Virus record (IMG/VR): IMGVR_UViG_3300031993_000044
Location: 22,990 to 86,989 of that record
Length of the DNA stretch: 64,000 bases
DNA from: a virus
Lineage: Duplodnaviria; Caudoviricetes
Strand: one strand, 5' to 3'
Of the stretch, positions 1-10,590 are shown one piece after another. Within the stretch, counting starts at the first letter, position 1. Each line of letters opens with the position of its first letter. A model generated the notes under the pieces. The model was not told where the DNA came from. It saw only the letters and a list, made by a program, of their open reading frames with translations, and made no database searches. A program made the translations under genes and the position numbers.

Positions 1-2874
1 GCTACGCATTGCGTCGTAGTCAAAGTTGACATCATCACCGCTGCCGGCCACTCCGTCCTTGCAGTTGGCAATGCCCGTAATGTACAGCGTTGAGTTGCGC
101 AGCGAACACGTACAGCCTACGGCTTCCGCATAAATCTTATACGTGCCGTCCCCAGCTGCATTGTTGCCCTCTGCCCACAGCAGCAGCTCCGAGTTCTTGC
201 GTACCTGAATAGCGGAATGTATGCGGTAGTCGTATTTGTTGTTATTGTTGTCTATCTTATACAAGCCGCCTATGACGTTCCCCGTATCGTCAACAGTGAT
301 AACGTCCACGTAGTCGGAAAAGTCGATGTTGTACTGCGAAACGTCCTCTATAACGTCCGCAATCTGCTCCAAATGCCCCGACATGTAGATGTTATTCAAG
401 TAGGCTGAATAACCCGACATGTCGAGGTTATAAACAGACAAGTTGGAGAGGTCGCCAAATTGCGCACCTATATTCTGTACTGAATATTCCCAAGTATTTA
501 CATTGTGCAGGTATCTTTCGTATGTAAGTGTCGAGTAACGGCTTGACTGACGTTCCGGGTCAGTGAAGTTGCCGTATGACACAAAGTGCATCATTGCGCA
601 CGGGTGCAAAGCCCTGTTCCAGTGCGCATCATTGCGCAAGCGGTACTTGAAGCGGGAGTTTTTGCCCGATTCCAATATGCGCGTGACAGTGAAATAGACG
701 GTAAAGAAGCCCGAAAAGCGGAAGTTACCCTTGCTGTCGTCGAAATCGTCCGCGTCATTGTTTGCAAGTGTCATTCCGTCGTGGAAAATACCCATGCAAA
801 TATCGTCAACGGCAATCTTTCCTATCTCGCCTTCTTCCAAATGCAGCTCAATAGTACCCGTGTCGGACGGTGTGCCGTCCAAGTTAAGGTCGGGGTCAGC
901 AGTAAGAATAATGCCGCCGCCCGGCGCACGCCACCTGTTGCCCACCTGTATGCTGATACGGTTGTAACGCAGTTCGGGAACTTGCAGCCACTCCCACAGC
1001 GTGAGGGAACGCAGCTCACCGCGCCCGTCACCGTCAATGACACCGCCAAAGCCCGTTATGCCACCTGCGTAGTTTGCGCCGAACTGCACGCCGCCCACGT
1101 GCTTTGTGCGCTGCCTAAAGTCAATCCTTCCCTGTGCCACATCGTCAACGTCCTTGCGCAAGAACTGTGCAAGGGAACGCTTTGCTGAAAACACGTTGTA
1201 CTCGCTGGCAGGTGTAGTGTCAGAAGTCTTTATGATATACACGCCCGTACCTGCTTCGTACAAATGTACGTCGCTTCGGTAGTTGAGCGCGTCAATCTTT
1301 CCCTCCAAGTCGTTAAGGCGTGAGTACTTGCTGTTTTCGCCGACGATGTACTGTGCTTCGTCGTACTTGAAATCAAGCTTGTACTGATAGCCGATAATGC
1401 GCGAGTTCCTGCTGCCGCCCTTGAAGAAGTTGTCGTTAATGAGCGTGACGCGCTGGCCGACATCAAAGCTCTTTGCGAGCGAGCTGTCAAGTTGACCCAG
1501 CGGGGAAAGCCCAAACATATAGTCGGACATCATCGTACAGGTGTACGTCGAATCGTCAATCTGAAGCTTTTCAACGTACCTTTGCGCTTCTTCCGCAAGT
1601 TCCTCTTCCGCTGCATCCAGCAAGCCGAGTTCCTGCATGTATTCAGTGTCCCAGCCGATAAGCCTGTACTTTACGTCTTCGTCTATCGTCGGGTTAATGT
1701 CGTCGTTGGGCAGCATTGGGCCGTAATTGTCGTTACGCACGATTTCAAATACCTGCGCTTCGTCGTTTATCTGCCCGTTTATTTCCTCCGCTTTGTTGTC
1801 GGGGTTAAACTTGACATCAAACGTCATTCCGCGCATGATACCTGACTGAATGACTATCTGCAAGTCAGTCTTTGGCAGGATATAGCGGCTTCTGAACGTA
1901 AACCCGCTGTCCTTGAAACGGTAAATCTTCACTGTTTCCTTGCCGCCCTCGCCATCGTCAACCTGCCTGTTGTCAAAGGTTACGGTGGTCATAGTGCCGT
2001 CGGTATGCGGGTACACTTCATCAAATATTGCTACTGCTTCAATAGCTTCTTCTTCCGCGTCAATGTCGCCAATCTGAATGTACGGGTGAGCATACGACGA
2101 GGGCAGCATGACACGCTTTTGCACCACGCCGTTAAGCACTACGTTCTCGTCATTGGAACGGTAGTTTTTGGGTACGTTGCGCGTAGAGCCAAACGGATAG
2201 ATGCGTGTCGCGTGCGTACCCTCGCTGCTTGCGCCCGTCATTTGCTTTACTTCACGCTCCAGCTGAAACTCAACTGCCGTTCCATGCTCACAGCGGCCAA
2301 CGTGAACAACGGAGCCGTCCACCCACCACTCACATTCAAATTCCTCGCATATTTGGTTGAGCGCGTCGATTATGCGCGTGCTTTCGTACACGACAAGCTT
2401 TGCAGTGCCAAGCAAGCTGTTGTCAATGGCAAACGTGAAGAAAGCGTTGTCAGTGTGCCTAAAGTTGTGGTACTGCAAGTTGTTTTGCAGGATGGCAAGG
2501 TGCTTGTCTATCGTGTCCGTAAGCGACCATGACGTTTCAAAACGCTTTGTAAGCGGCTGGAAAAACAGCAGCTTATTGTTCCACTTCCAATATTGCGCAT
2601 CCATGCGAAGCTGATAGTCATACCCAGCCGTCGCACGGTTGTACGTAGGCACGTAGTTCTTTGTAATCTCAAACACGCCATACTCCGTAACGCAGTAGTC
2701 GCCGACGGAAAAGTAAATCTTTTCCTTTGTGGAGAAATTGAGCTGGATATAATGCTCCTTCATCAACTCAAAACGCACGTAGGAATTGATGTTGACGTAG
2801 GTTCTAAACTGTATGTCGCCCGCAGCACGGCGTATGATTGTGTACTGCTTTATGTTTGCTGATGGTGTAGGCAT
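1..2874 (-). CDS. Tail/baseplate-hub protein, 3'-truncated at the window edge (>958 aa)
   Basis: Not in the ORF track because no stop is reached. Manual reading from ATG 2874 gives MPTPSANIKQYTIIRR...ICEEFECEWWVDGSVVHVGRCE, and the same frame is open at 1-60 (KDGVAGSGDDVNFDYDAMRS). It follows the tape measure and distal tail genes. Confidence 0.75.
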   Translation of the reverse strand, partial: MPTPSANIKQYTIIRRAAGDIQFRTYVNINSYVRFELMKEHYIQLNFSTKEKIYFSVGDYCVTEYGVFEITKNYVPTYNRATAGYDYQLRMDAQYWKWNNKLLFFQPLTKRFETSWSLTDTIDKHLAILQNNLQYHNFRHTDNAFFTFAIDNSLLGTAKLVVYESTRIIDALNQICEEFECEWWVDGSVVHVGRCEHGTAVEFQLEREVKQMTGASSEGTHATRIYPFGSTRNVPKNYRSNDENVVLNGVVQKRVMLPSSYAHPYIQIGDIDAEEEAIEAVAIFDEVYPHTDGTMTTVTFDNRQVDDGEGGKETVKIYRFKDSGFTFRSRYILPKTDLQIVIQSGIMRGMTFDVKFNPDNKAEEINGQINDEAQVFEIVRNDNYGPMLPNDDINPTIDEDVKYRLIGWDTEYMQELGLLDAAEEELAEEAQRYVEKLQIDDSTYTCTMMSDYMFGLSPLGQLDSSLAKSFDVGQRVTLINDNFFKGGSRNSRIIGYQYKLDFKYDEAQYIVGENSKYSRLNDLEGKIDALNYRSDVHLYEAGTGVYIIKTSDTTPASEYNVFSAKRSLAQFLRKDVDDVAQGRIDFRQRTKHVGGVQFGANYAGGITGFGGVIDGDGRGELRSLTLWEWLQVPELRYNRISIQVGNRWRAPGGGIILTADPDLNLDGTPSDTGTIELHLEEGEIGKIAVDDICMGIFHDGMTLANNDADDFDDSKGNFRFSGFFTVYFTVTRILESGKNSRFKYRLRNDAHWNRALHPCAMMHFVSYGNFTDPERQSSRYSTLTYERYLHNVNTWEYSVQNIGAQFGDLSNLSVYNLDMSGYSAYLNNIYMSGHLEQIADVIEDVSQYNIDFSDYVDVITVDDTGNVIGGLYKIDNNNNKYDYRIHSAIQVRKNSELLLWAEGNNAAGDGTYKIYAEAVGCTCSLRNSTLYITGIANCKDGVAGSGDDVNFDYDAMRS

Positions 2875-2876
2875 AG

Positions 2877-3290
2877 CTATCTGTCATTAGGGTTTGGTTC
2901 GAGGAATCGGAACGTGTAAGTTCCTGCGTTTAGGCCGTAGTCCTTGCCTTTTGAGCAGCTTAAGTAAAGCAGCTTGAACGTTATGCCCAGCGTAGTGCAA
3001 TGGAACTCTATCAAGCCGCGTGTTATTGCAGTGACAAAGCCACTTAACCCTGAAAGGTACGCTCCGCGTGTGTTGCCTTCAAAGAACACGGTAAAGCTTA
3101 CCTCCCTGCTGTCAAACTTCACGTCATCCGCGTTTTCCACAATGACACGCTTGCCATGCTGCAAGCGGCTGTCATTCTGCACATACGCTTTCGTCGGCGG
3201 TGGAGTAAGCAATGCTTCGTAAGCTCCTTTTACGAGTGCAGCACCAAAACCGCCTATATCTGTTCCGTTTATTGTTGCCTGTCCGTACAT
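2877..3290 (-). CDS. Distal tail (Dit-like) protein
   Basis: Directly after the tape measure gene. Start chosen at ATG 3290 (MYGQATINGTDIG), just past the TMP stop. Confidence 0.6.
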   Translation of the reverse strand: MYGQATINGTDIGGFGAALVKGAYEALLTPPPTKAYVQNDSRLQHGKRVIVENADDVKFDSREVSFTVFFEGNTRGAYLSGLSGFVTAITRGLIEFHCTTLGITFKLLYLSCSKGKDYGLNAGTYTFRFLEPNPNDR

Positions 3291-3291
3291 A

Positions 3292-6200
3292 CTATATGTT
3301 TTTAGTGTTCTCAACCAATAGCTTTATGTCCTCCTTGATTTCATGCAGCTGGTACGTGTTCTTTTGAATCTGTTCCAGCGTAGAAAGCATGTCCTCCTGC
3401 GTTTCGCGTATAGTGTCAACGTTACTGCTCATTGAAACAATTTCAGTGCGTGTAAGCACGATTTCCTGCTGCATGGTAAGCAGTGCCGTTGTCTGCTCGA
3501 TGGATTGAACGAGTATGCTTTCACCCGTTATCTGCAATGCTGTGAAGCGTCCGTTAAGCTCCTGCCCGGTGTCCTCGCCAAGCTGCTGCCATGCGCCCGA
3601 CGAGCCTTGCTGCTCATACGCTTCACTGCCCGTAATGTCGAAGCCACGAGCCTTAAACTGCTCGTCGATGTACGTAAGCACGTCCTGTATGACAGGCAGC
3701 TGGTTCTCTGCCTTGTTAAGCAGTGCGTCAGTGGCTTGCATGATGCCGTCAGTGAGCTGCTTTTCAGTCAAGCCGCCCATGCTGTACACCTCGTAGAGGT
3801 TGGCAAGCTTGTCTTGGAAACCATCAAACACCTTTGTCAGCAGTGCTTGCTTAATCATTTCCTTTGCAATGTCGGCAAACGTGTCAGACGCATACTTTTT
3901 GAAGCTATCCATTACGTCCTTGCCGTCTTTGAGCCAATCCCAAAGCGCATCGGTCATGTTGTCCGTAAGCGGGGCGTACATTTCGGATATGTATTCCTCC
4001 AGCTGCTCACGGAACTTGTCATATTCCTGCTTAAGCTTGATAAGTTCCTCCAGCGTAGCCTTTGTTTCACCAACGAGCTTGTCACCGTACTTGTCAATAA
4101 CAGTCTGTGCAAGCTGTACGTCAATCATGCCGTCGCTGCCAAACAAGTCTTTGCCAAAGTTAGCTTTGACCCATTCGCGCAAGTCCTCCGTGCGCTGTGA
4201 ATGGCCACCTATGCCCGTGCCAAGGAAACCGCTGCTTTTTTCCCGTGTCTCAATGCGCAGGTTTTTGAATGCTGCTGTCGTGCCTTCGTCATAGTTGAGC
4301 GTGTCAAGCAATGCGCCAACGCCTTTTCCGATTAAGCCCTCTGCACCGCCGAACAAGCCCGTTATGCCCCAATCCATAATCTGCCCGAGCAAGCTGTCCT
4401 TGTCGAGGATGCCCATTTTGTCGAGTGCGCCCGTAATGAGCTTTCCCGGTATGCTCACAATGTCGGAAACAAGGTTGCCCAGCCATGAAAGCGCATTTGT
4501 GAGCCAGCCGCCGCCACTTTCGTTTTGGTAGATGGCCTGTGCTTCGTACATCTTTGCAATATAGCTTTCCAAAGCCATGTTGCTGTACTCGTACATGTCC
4601 TGCAAGCTTGCAAGTCCTGTCGTTGCAAACCAACGCTTTTCCGCATTTGTTGCTTCAATGACAGCGAGCTTGTAGTCATTGACTGCATCACGCAGCTGGT
4701 TAATCTCTTTGAACTTTTCCGCATACGCCTCATACTGCGAGTGCGCATCCTTGAACATGCTGCTTATCTGTTGGAAAAGCTGAATGGCAGCACTGATGAT
4801 TGTAAGGATAACGCTTGCCTTTTCCAGCGTAGAAAGTGCAGCAACGCCCGTTGCAGTGACAGCCTTAATGCCGTCAATCGTCTGCGTCATAAACGTCATA
4901 ACGTTGGCTGCAATACCCAATATCTGCCCTTCCGTGCCGCCTATCGCGTTGCCGACGTTGGCTATTGCATCCGCAAGCTCGTTGACCTTTTCAAGCGTCG
5001 ATTTAAGGGCTTTCTTGTACTTGTTCTTTGCCTTTTCGACATCATCCGTTGCCTGGCGTTCCTTTTTCTCCGCATCTGTGAGTATCTTTTCAGCTTCAGC
5101 AAGCTTATGAGCGTCACCTGCCTGCTTTGCAAGCTTGACGTTCTGACGAGCACGCACGACGTTTGCAGACGCAATGGAAAGCTTTTGCTCTGCTTCCGTA
5201 AGCTCCTGTGCGGACGTAGTGAGTGCAACAAACGGGTTGCGGTTGTTAAGCTCGTCGTACATCTGCTGCAAGGTGCTGGTGTACTCACGCAACTTTTCGG
5301 GGTCAAGCGACGTAGCAGCTGCCTGTTTCGCTTCTTCAAACTGCTTGATAAGAAACTCCAGCGTCTGTGTTGATGTGTTGCCCAAGTCCTCAAAAGCACG
5401 CACATAGTCGGGCGTTTCCTTAAGCTGCTGCAAGGAAAGGTTGGCTTGCTGCTCATTGTGCGTCTGCGCTGCTTGCGCACGGCTACGGGTGAGTGCTGCC
5501 ACTCTGTCCGTGTCGCCACGCTCCTTTGCTTCGGCAATGGCTTCGTCAATACGCTTTAAGGCATCTGCATAGTCCTTGTCTATTTGCAGCTTCTTGTCAA
5601 TATAAGACTGATACTGACTGATTAGCTCGTCGTCCCTTTCCTGCTGTGCCTTTACACGCTGTGCGTCGATGTCGGCGAGGTCTTGCTGTGACTTTGCTTC
5701 AATGGCCTTTATAATGTCCTGTGTCTGCTGTTCCAATGCAGCACGGCGTTCCTTGTACTGCTGTTCAGTCATGCCGCTTTTGCCGCCCTTGTAGCTTGCA
5801 TCCAAATCTGCAACGGCTTCGTTTCCAGCCTGACGGGCAGCACGCGAGTCAATTTCAGCCTGTGTGCGTATGCGCTCACGTTCCAGCTCTGCCCAACGCT
5901 TTGAGCCTTCTTTTTCAAGTTCAAGCTCCTTTTCTATGCGCTCCTTGCGCAATGCAAGCAGCTCGTCGTTAAGCTCGGCAGCTGACTTGTATTCGGGTTC
6001 TTTCTTTGTCGGTTTAGTAGGCGTTGTGGTCGTTGTTCCTCCGCTTAACAGCGTTGTCGGGATTTTCTTCTTTGCTTCTTCCGCTTCCAGCAAGGCATTA
6101 TCCCACATGTCGGAGTAGTGCTGTATTTCTTTATCATACTCACCCTCCAGCCTTTTTCGCAATGCAACGGCTTGGTCGTTACGGTATTTGTTTATCTTGT

Positions 6201-8433
6201 CAACACCCTTTTTGGTCAGCTCGTAAGTTGTCCTTTGGGCGTTGCCCGGCCTGTCTTGGAAGTCCGCTGTATAGTCTTCATTGATTTTAAGCCCTGCTTT
6301 CTCCCATTCACTCGGCATACCCAGCTGTGACGTAGTGCGCTTTTCCCGGTCAGTGACAGTATAGTACTTGTCGCCCGTCTCAACACCCTTGACACGGTTT
6401 TCCCACTCCTTTGCCTTTTTAATGATAGCTTCTTTGTACAAGTCCTCAAAAGCAGTCGCTTTCGCAACAGCCTTAAGTGCAGCAATGACTTGTGGAGCCA
6501 TTTCTACGAGGACTTTTTCTGCATCATTGACACCTTTTACAGCAAGTCCGAGGCTGTCAAAGTTTGAAGCGTTGTCTTTTATCCACTTCGTTTTTTCCGC
6601 TTCCGTCCTTAACTTTGCCCATTGGTGCTGCAAGGAACGGTACTTCGCTTCCACGTTTCCCGTTGCGCTGCCAATGGTTTCAGCCATGTGCTTATGCTGT
6701 TCCGCGAGCTTTTCAGCTTCTTCTTTCTGCTTTTTCTCTGCGTCAGCAGCTTTCTTTGAGCCTATTGTGAATGCAGCAAGTGCGCCTACAACGGTAATAA
6801 GTGCCATTGCAAGCAGCACATAAGGATTGGCCTTTGCAATAGCGTTGAAAATGCCCTGTGCGACTGTTGCAGCCTTTGTTGCGACAATGTTACGGCCTTT
6901 TGCAGCCGTTTCTACGTCGATGGCCTTTGCAGCCGCCCATGTTTGAAGCGTGTTAATGCCACGCATGAGTGCGCTCTGCTCTTGCAGCGCGTTTCCAGCT
7001 TCAGTAAGAAAGTTCGTTGCAGCAAGTGAGCCTTGTATGGCCGTTTGAGCGCGTGCCAAGTCTTCTTCGCTCATTCCAAACGCTGCTGCCGCGCCCTGTG
7101 CAGCTCCGAAGCCGCTTATGACAAGGTTAAGCCCCTGCGTTAAGCCCTTGAAAGCTGCTGTGTCGTTAGCGTCGTTTTTGATGGTTTCCTGCACGTCGCT
7201 GAAAGCGTCCTGCAACGTGGCAGCTTTGTTTTTCAGCTCTTCCAGCTTCTTTTGCAATGCCTGACCCTCTGCGCTTGCACGTTCCGCATCGGTCATGTTG
7301 CGGTACTGCAACGTGAGCATGGTAATCTCGTTGCGCAACTCCATGAGCATTTGACGCGGGCTGCTTTGCTTCGTCTGCTCATTTGCCCTCGTGTTCTGCT
7401 GTGTCTGCTGCTCAACCTCCTGCAAGCTTTCCTTAAGCTCTTTCAGTCCTTGCCGTGCAAGCGTTTCCTCGTCCTTGTAGCTTTGCAACGACTGCTTAAG
7501 TGCGTTGTATTCCTTGGCTATCTTCTGCATCTGTGCTATAACGTTCTCATTGTAGCCAGCGGCTTTCGGGTCAGCTTTGTACTGACCTTCGCCCGTTTGC
7601 TGAATATAGCCCTTTTCTATGCCCGACGCAGCCCATGCCTGCATGTTCTTTCGCAGTGATTCCATGCGCTTTTGCGCCTTTTCCTGCTTTGCTACAAGCT
7701 CGTCAATCGTCTTTTGCGTGTCGTCGATGGCTGCTTGTATCTCCTGTTGAGAGCCTGCATGTTCCTTTTCGGCAGCAGTGTGTTTGCGTGCAGCGTCGGC
7801 AGCAGCTTCATGCGCCTGGGTCTGCTGCTCAACGGCCTGTGTCGCTTCTTGCGTCGTTTGTGTGGCTTGTTCCTGCGTCTGTGCTTGCGTTTCAGCAGCG
7901 TTGGTTGATTCCTGCTCCGCATCACTCTTTTCACGCAGTGTAGCAACGAAACTGTCATAAATGCTTTGCAAGTGCTGAATAGTCTGTGCAGCGTGTTCGT
8001 GCGCTGCTTTCATATCCTGCACGTCGGCTGTCTGCAAGCGAAGCGTCTCACGCTCGTTTTCCAGCTGTTGAGTAAGCGCATTGAACTCTTTTGAGCCAGC
8101 AGCAGTGCCGCCAAGCTCCTTTTCAAGCTTGGAAACAGCTGTCTGCAAGCGTGTGGCCTCCTGCTCCGCGTTCTTTATCATTTCGGGCGTTGAACGCAGG
8201 TTGCTGTTCGTTTCCGCAATAGCTTCGTTGAGGACTTTCATTGCAGCCGTTGTCTTTGCTGCCAAGTCCTTCTCGCTGCTGTTTGCAATGTCATTCAGTG
8301 CTTTCGTCATACGCGCACTGATTTCATCCGTGGAAACGCCCAAACGCTCCAAGTCGCCTATAAGCTTGTCAAACGTCTTTTGTATGTCGTCGATGTTGAC
8401 AAGGCCAGTTATGCCCAATACGTCCTCTGCCAT
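3292..8433 (-). CDS. Tail tape measure protein (1713 aa)
   Basis: Very long, Ala/Gln/Lys-rich helical ORF with hydrophobic Gly/Ala segments, downstream of the tail chaperone genes. Confidence 0.9.
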   Translation of the reverse strand: MAEDVLGITGLVNIDDIQKTFDKLIGDLERLGVSTDEISARMTKALNDIANSSEKDLAAKTTAAMKVLNEAIAETNSNLRSTPEMIKNAEQEATRLQTAVSKLEKELGGTAAGSKEFNALTQQLENERETLRLQTADVQDMKAAHEHAAQTIQHLQSIYDSFVATLREKSDAEQESTNAAETQAQTQEQATQTTQEATQAVEQQTQAHEAAADAARKHTAAEKEHAGSQQEIQAAIDDTQKTIDELVAKQEKAQKRMESLRKNMQAWAASGIEKGYIQQTGEGQYKADPKAAGYNENVIAQMQKIAKEYNALKQSLQSYKDEETLARQGLKELKESLQEVEQQTQQNTRANEQTKQSSPRQMLMELRNEITMLTLQYRNMTDAERASAEGQALQKKLEELKNKAATLQDAFSDVQETIKNDANDTAAFKGLTQGLNLVISGFGAAQGAAAAFGMSEEDLARAQTAIQGSLAATNFLTEAGNALQEQSALMRGINTLQTWAAAKAIDVETAAKGRNIVATKAATVAQGIFNAIAKANPYVLLAMALITVVGALAAFTIGSKKAADAEKKQKEEAEKLAEQHKHMAETIGSATGNVEAKYRSLQHQWAKLRTEAEKTKWIKDNASNFDSLGLAVKGVNDAEKVLVEMAPQVIAALKAVAKATAFEDLYKEAIIKKAKEWENRVKGVETGDKYYTVTDREKRTTSQLGMPSEWEKAGLKINEDYTADFQDRPGNAQRTTYELTKKGVDKINKYRNDQAVALRKRLEGEYDKEIQHYSDMWDNALLEAEEAKKKIPTTLLSGGTTTTTPTKPTKKEPEYKSAAELNDELLALRKERIEKELELEKEGSKRWAELERERIRTQAEIDSRAARQAGNEAVADLDASYKGGKSGMTEQQYKERRAALEQQTQDIIKAIEAKSQQDLADIDAQRVKAQQERDDELISQYQSYIDKKLQIDKDYADALKRIDEAIAEAKERGDTDRVAALTRSRAQAAQTHNEQQANLSLQQLKETPDYVRAFEDLGNTSTQTLEFLIKQFEEAKQAAATSLDPEKLREYTSTLQQMYDELNNRNPFVALTTSAQELTEAEQKLSIASANVVRARQNVKLAKQAGDAHKLAEAEKILTDAEKKERQATDDVEKAKNKYKKALKSTLEKVNELADAIANVGNAIGGTEGQILGIAANVMTFMTQTIDGIKAVTATGVAALSTLEKASVILTIISAAIQLFQQISSMFKDAHSQYEAYAEKFKEINQLRDAVNDYKLAVIEATNAEKRWFATTGLASLQDMYEYSNMALESYIAKMYEAQAIYQNESGGGWLTNALSWLGNLVSDIVSIPGKLITGALDKMGILDKDSLLGQIMDWGITGLFGGAEGLIGKGVGALLDTLNYDEGTTAAFKNLRIETREKSSGFLGTGIGGHSQRTEDLREWVKANFGKDLFGSDGMIDVQLAQTVIDKYGDKLVGETKATLEELIKLKQEYDKFREQLEEYISEMYAPLTDNMTDALWDWLKDGKDVMDSFKKYASDTFADIAKEMIKQALLTKVFDGFQDKLANLYEVYSMGGLTEKQLTDGIMQATDALLNKAENQLPVIQDVLTYIDEQFKARGFDITGSEAYEQQGSSGAWQQLGEDTGQELNGRFTALQITGESILVQSIEQTTALLTMQQEIVLTRTEIVSMSSNVDTIRETQEDMLSTLEQIQKNTYQLHEIKEDIKLLVENTKNI

Positions 8434-8437
8434 AGTT

Positions 8438-8641
8438 TTAGCCCATTAAAGACATGAATAACTCTGTTTCGTTCCTAAACTTCTTCTTTTGTCTTTTCCC
8501 ACCACTTTGACTTTTGCCAATCGTTGGCTCATCATCTTTCTTGTTGACACCCGACGAGGGTATTGTCTTGTTCAACAGCAGAATGTTGATGAAAGAGCGT
8601 TCAGATACGACCTCGTTATAACTCATTCTGTAGTATTTCAT
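8438..8641 (-). CDS. C-terminal part of the tail assembly chaperone frameshift product (GT-like)
   Basis: Frame is open from 8773 and is reached by a -1 shift at T TTT TTC (8728-8734). Confidence 0.65.
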   Translation of the reverse strand: MKYYRMSYNEVVSERSFINILLLNKTIPSSGVNKKDDEPTIGKSQSGGKRQKKKFRNETELFMSLMG

Positions 8642-8652
8642 TACCCCGCTGA

Positions 8653-9090
8653 CTATTGCCCAAGGGCTGTCGTTTCGCTCGGGTTGGTTATCTCCACCGT
8701 CTTGCGTAGGATAATGATAGAGGTCAAGAAAAAATTTACGTCCAACGACCTGCTGACGTATGCAACAAACTCGTTAAAGACGGTAACGGTGAGCCGCTTA
8801 AGCACGTAACGCTTGAACAAGAAGCGTTTGATTTTGCCGGGCAGCAATGCAGCAATAAACATGTCCTGCATTACCTTTGCGTCCTTGTAGTGAGCAATGA
8901 CCTCCGCAAGCACCTTCACTTTGTCCTTGCTACCCAAGTCATCGTCGCTCAACTCGTTGCCTATAGCTCCGATTTCGTAGATTTGCGCAAGCGTGAGCGG
9001 GCGAAGCTTGAACGTCAGCTTTCCTACTTTGATTTTGACGGGCTTTTCCGTCAATGTGCTGTGTACTCTTTCCTTGTCTGCTGTTTCCAT
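8653..9090 (-). CDS. Tail assembly chaperone (G-like)
   Basis: Lies between the major tail and tape measure genes and contains a slippery heptamer. Confidence 0.7.
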   Translation of the reverse strand: METADKERVHSTLTEKPVKIKVGKLTFKLRPLTLAQIYEIGAIGNELSDDDLGSKDKVKVLAEVIAHYKDAKVMQDMFIAALLPGKIKRFLFKRYVLKRLTVTVFNEFVAYVSRSLDVNFFLTSIIILRKTVEITNPSETTALGQ

Positions 9091-9113
9091 ACACTTTGTT
9101 TTTTACGGAAAAC

Positions 9114-9153
9114 GCAGTGCGGGAATTAGGACGTGCGCCCCTTATCCGCACTG
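9114..9153. other. Intergenic stem-loop between major tail and chaperone genes
   Basis: GCAGTGCGG (9114-9122) pairs with CCGCACTGC (9145-9153). Confidence 0.5.
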
Positions 9154-9195
9154 CGCTTACAATTGGTTTTGAATGAATAGTAGGCTCACTGTCGC

Positions 9196-9702
9196 TTAAC
9201 CACCATTGCCACCGCTGCCACCGCCGCCGTTTGATTCAACGGGCGTAACGGTGTGGCCGGACTGCTCCTGTCCCTGCTGGTTGGTAGTGGTGAGCTCGCG
9301 GAACTCCAAGTGGAAGTTGGGGAAACCGCTCTTGCCCAGCGTGCCGGCACGGGTGACAGTGACCTGCATCTTCGTCCAAGCAAACGTCATTGCGGGAATG
9401 TCGTCAAGTGCTTTGGTCGTGATGCTGACTGCGCCCGTAGGACGCTTGCCAATCTGCGCGTAGAGAGAGGAATACACAGCACCCGTCATGTCGTAGGTGT
9501 CCATAGTGAAGCCACGTGTTCCTGCGGAAGTTTGCAGGATGGCATACGGGCCTTCCATGTCCTCTACTTCAATCTCCTGCTGTGAGCCAGCCTGGTCGTT
9601 GAACTGCAAGCTGTCCTTGACAATGGCCTGAAAGCTGATTGCTGACCCGCCTGTCGGGGTGAATGTTACGGCGCTAACGCCATAAGCTGCTGTCTTACTC
9701 AT
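9196..9702 (-). CDS. Major tail (tube) protein
   Basis: 168 aa, Thr/Gly-rich beta-type sequence at the canonical position after the neck genes. Confidence 0.7.
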   Translation of the reverse strand: MSKTAAYGVSAVTFTPTGGSAISFQAIVKDSLQFNDQAGSQQEIEVEDMEGPYAILQTSAGTRGFTMDTYDMTGAVYSSLYAQIGKRPTGAVSITTKALDDIPAMTFAWTKMQVTVTRAGTLGKSGFPNFHLEFRELTTTNQQGQEQSGHTVTPVESNGGGGSGGNGG

Positions 9703-9714
9703 AGTCGATACTTT

Positions 9715-10125
9715 TTAGATGTTCTTACTTGTACAATCAAGTTGAATGTTTACGTAGTAGGTGCTATCCTTGTCGGGCGTTGGCCGTCCGTCGGAAAAGT
9801 ACTTGAAATATGCGCCACTGATGTACGCACCATCCTCGCTGTCAAACAGCGCAATGACCTCGTTTACTATTTCCGTGAGCCGTTTTGAATTGGGCTGCTC
9901 CGATGGGAGTTGCGGAACGTGTACGTTGACGTTGATAGTGTTGACCTGTGCAGGGTTGTTATGTACGAATGGCAAGTTGTTCACAGCAATGTATTCGCCG
10001 TTGTAACCCTTTTCCTTTTCATACTTAAACACCTTTCCTTTCTGTTCGTTATTACTACCGAATACGGATGGGGTCGCTGCATTGATGTATGTCGCAACTG
10101 CCGTTACTGCTTCAAGTCCTGTCAT
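9715..10125 (-). CDS. Tail terminator/neck protein
   Basis: Position; INVNVHVP and YYVNIQL motifs. Confidence 0.55.
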   Translation of the reverse strand: MTGLEAVTAVATYINAATPSVFGSNNEQKGKVFKYEKEKGYNGEYIAVNNLPFVHNNPAQVNTINVNVHVPQLPSEQPNSKRLTEIVNEVIALFDSEDGAYISGAYFKYFSDGRPTPDKDSTYYVNIQLDCTSKNI

Positions 10126-10586
10126 ACGTTACCGTTCTTTACGTCCTCAATCGTTTCAAGCACAATCTTCTTTAGCTCGTCTTGCAGGAAAAACCGTGTC
10201 AGATGCAGCACGTTATAGCCTTTGTCCTCCACGTACCTACCGTAATTCATTCCAGCTACGACAATAAGGGAATAGCCTTTCGGCTCTACATGCGCTTCCG
10301 CGTAGGCTTGCAGGTTCTTTTGAACTTCGGCCTGTGCTTCTGCGCTGTCAACCTTTCCAACCTCCATAGTGACGGGCTTGCCGTCCAAGTACAGCGCGTA
10401 GCTGATACTGTTCTTTAGGTTGGCCGTGTGGTCTTTGTAGCCCTTGTGAAGCTTTGCGTGCGTCGCTGCTTCTTCGCCCAAGTACAGCAGTTTGATTTCG
10501 AGTGCAGTCTGCAAGTTGTCACGCGCCTGCTTCAAGCGTTGCTGTAACGCCTTCAAGCCGTTTAAGCGTATTTGAGCACTTGCCAT
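10122..10586 (-). CDS. HK97 gp10-like neck protein
   Basis: YKDHTANLKNSI and VVAGMNYGRYVEDKGYNVL motifs typical of this family. Confidence 0.7.
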   Translation of the reverse strand: MASAQIRLNGLKALQQRLKQARDNLQTALEIKLLYLGEEAATHAKLHKGYKDHTANLKNSISYALYLDGKPVTMEVGKVDSAEAQAEVQKNLQAYAEAHVEPKGYSLIVVAGMNYGRYVEDKGYNVLHLTRFFLQDELKKIVLETIEDVKNGNV

Positions 10587-10590
10587 ACTG

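Noticed and set aside
217-2862. Plus-strand ORFs in the track (e.g. 586-1188, 2005-2532)
   Set aside because: They are antisense shadows of one long minus-strand tail gene that the track missed because it runs off the edge.
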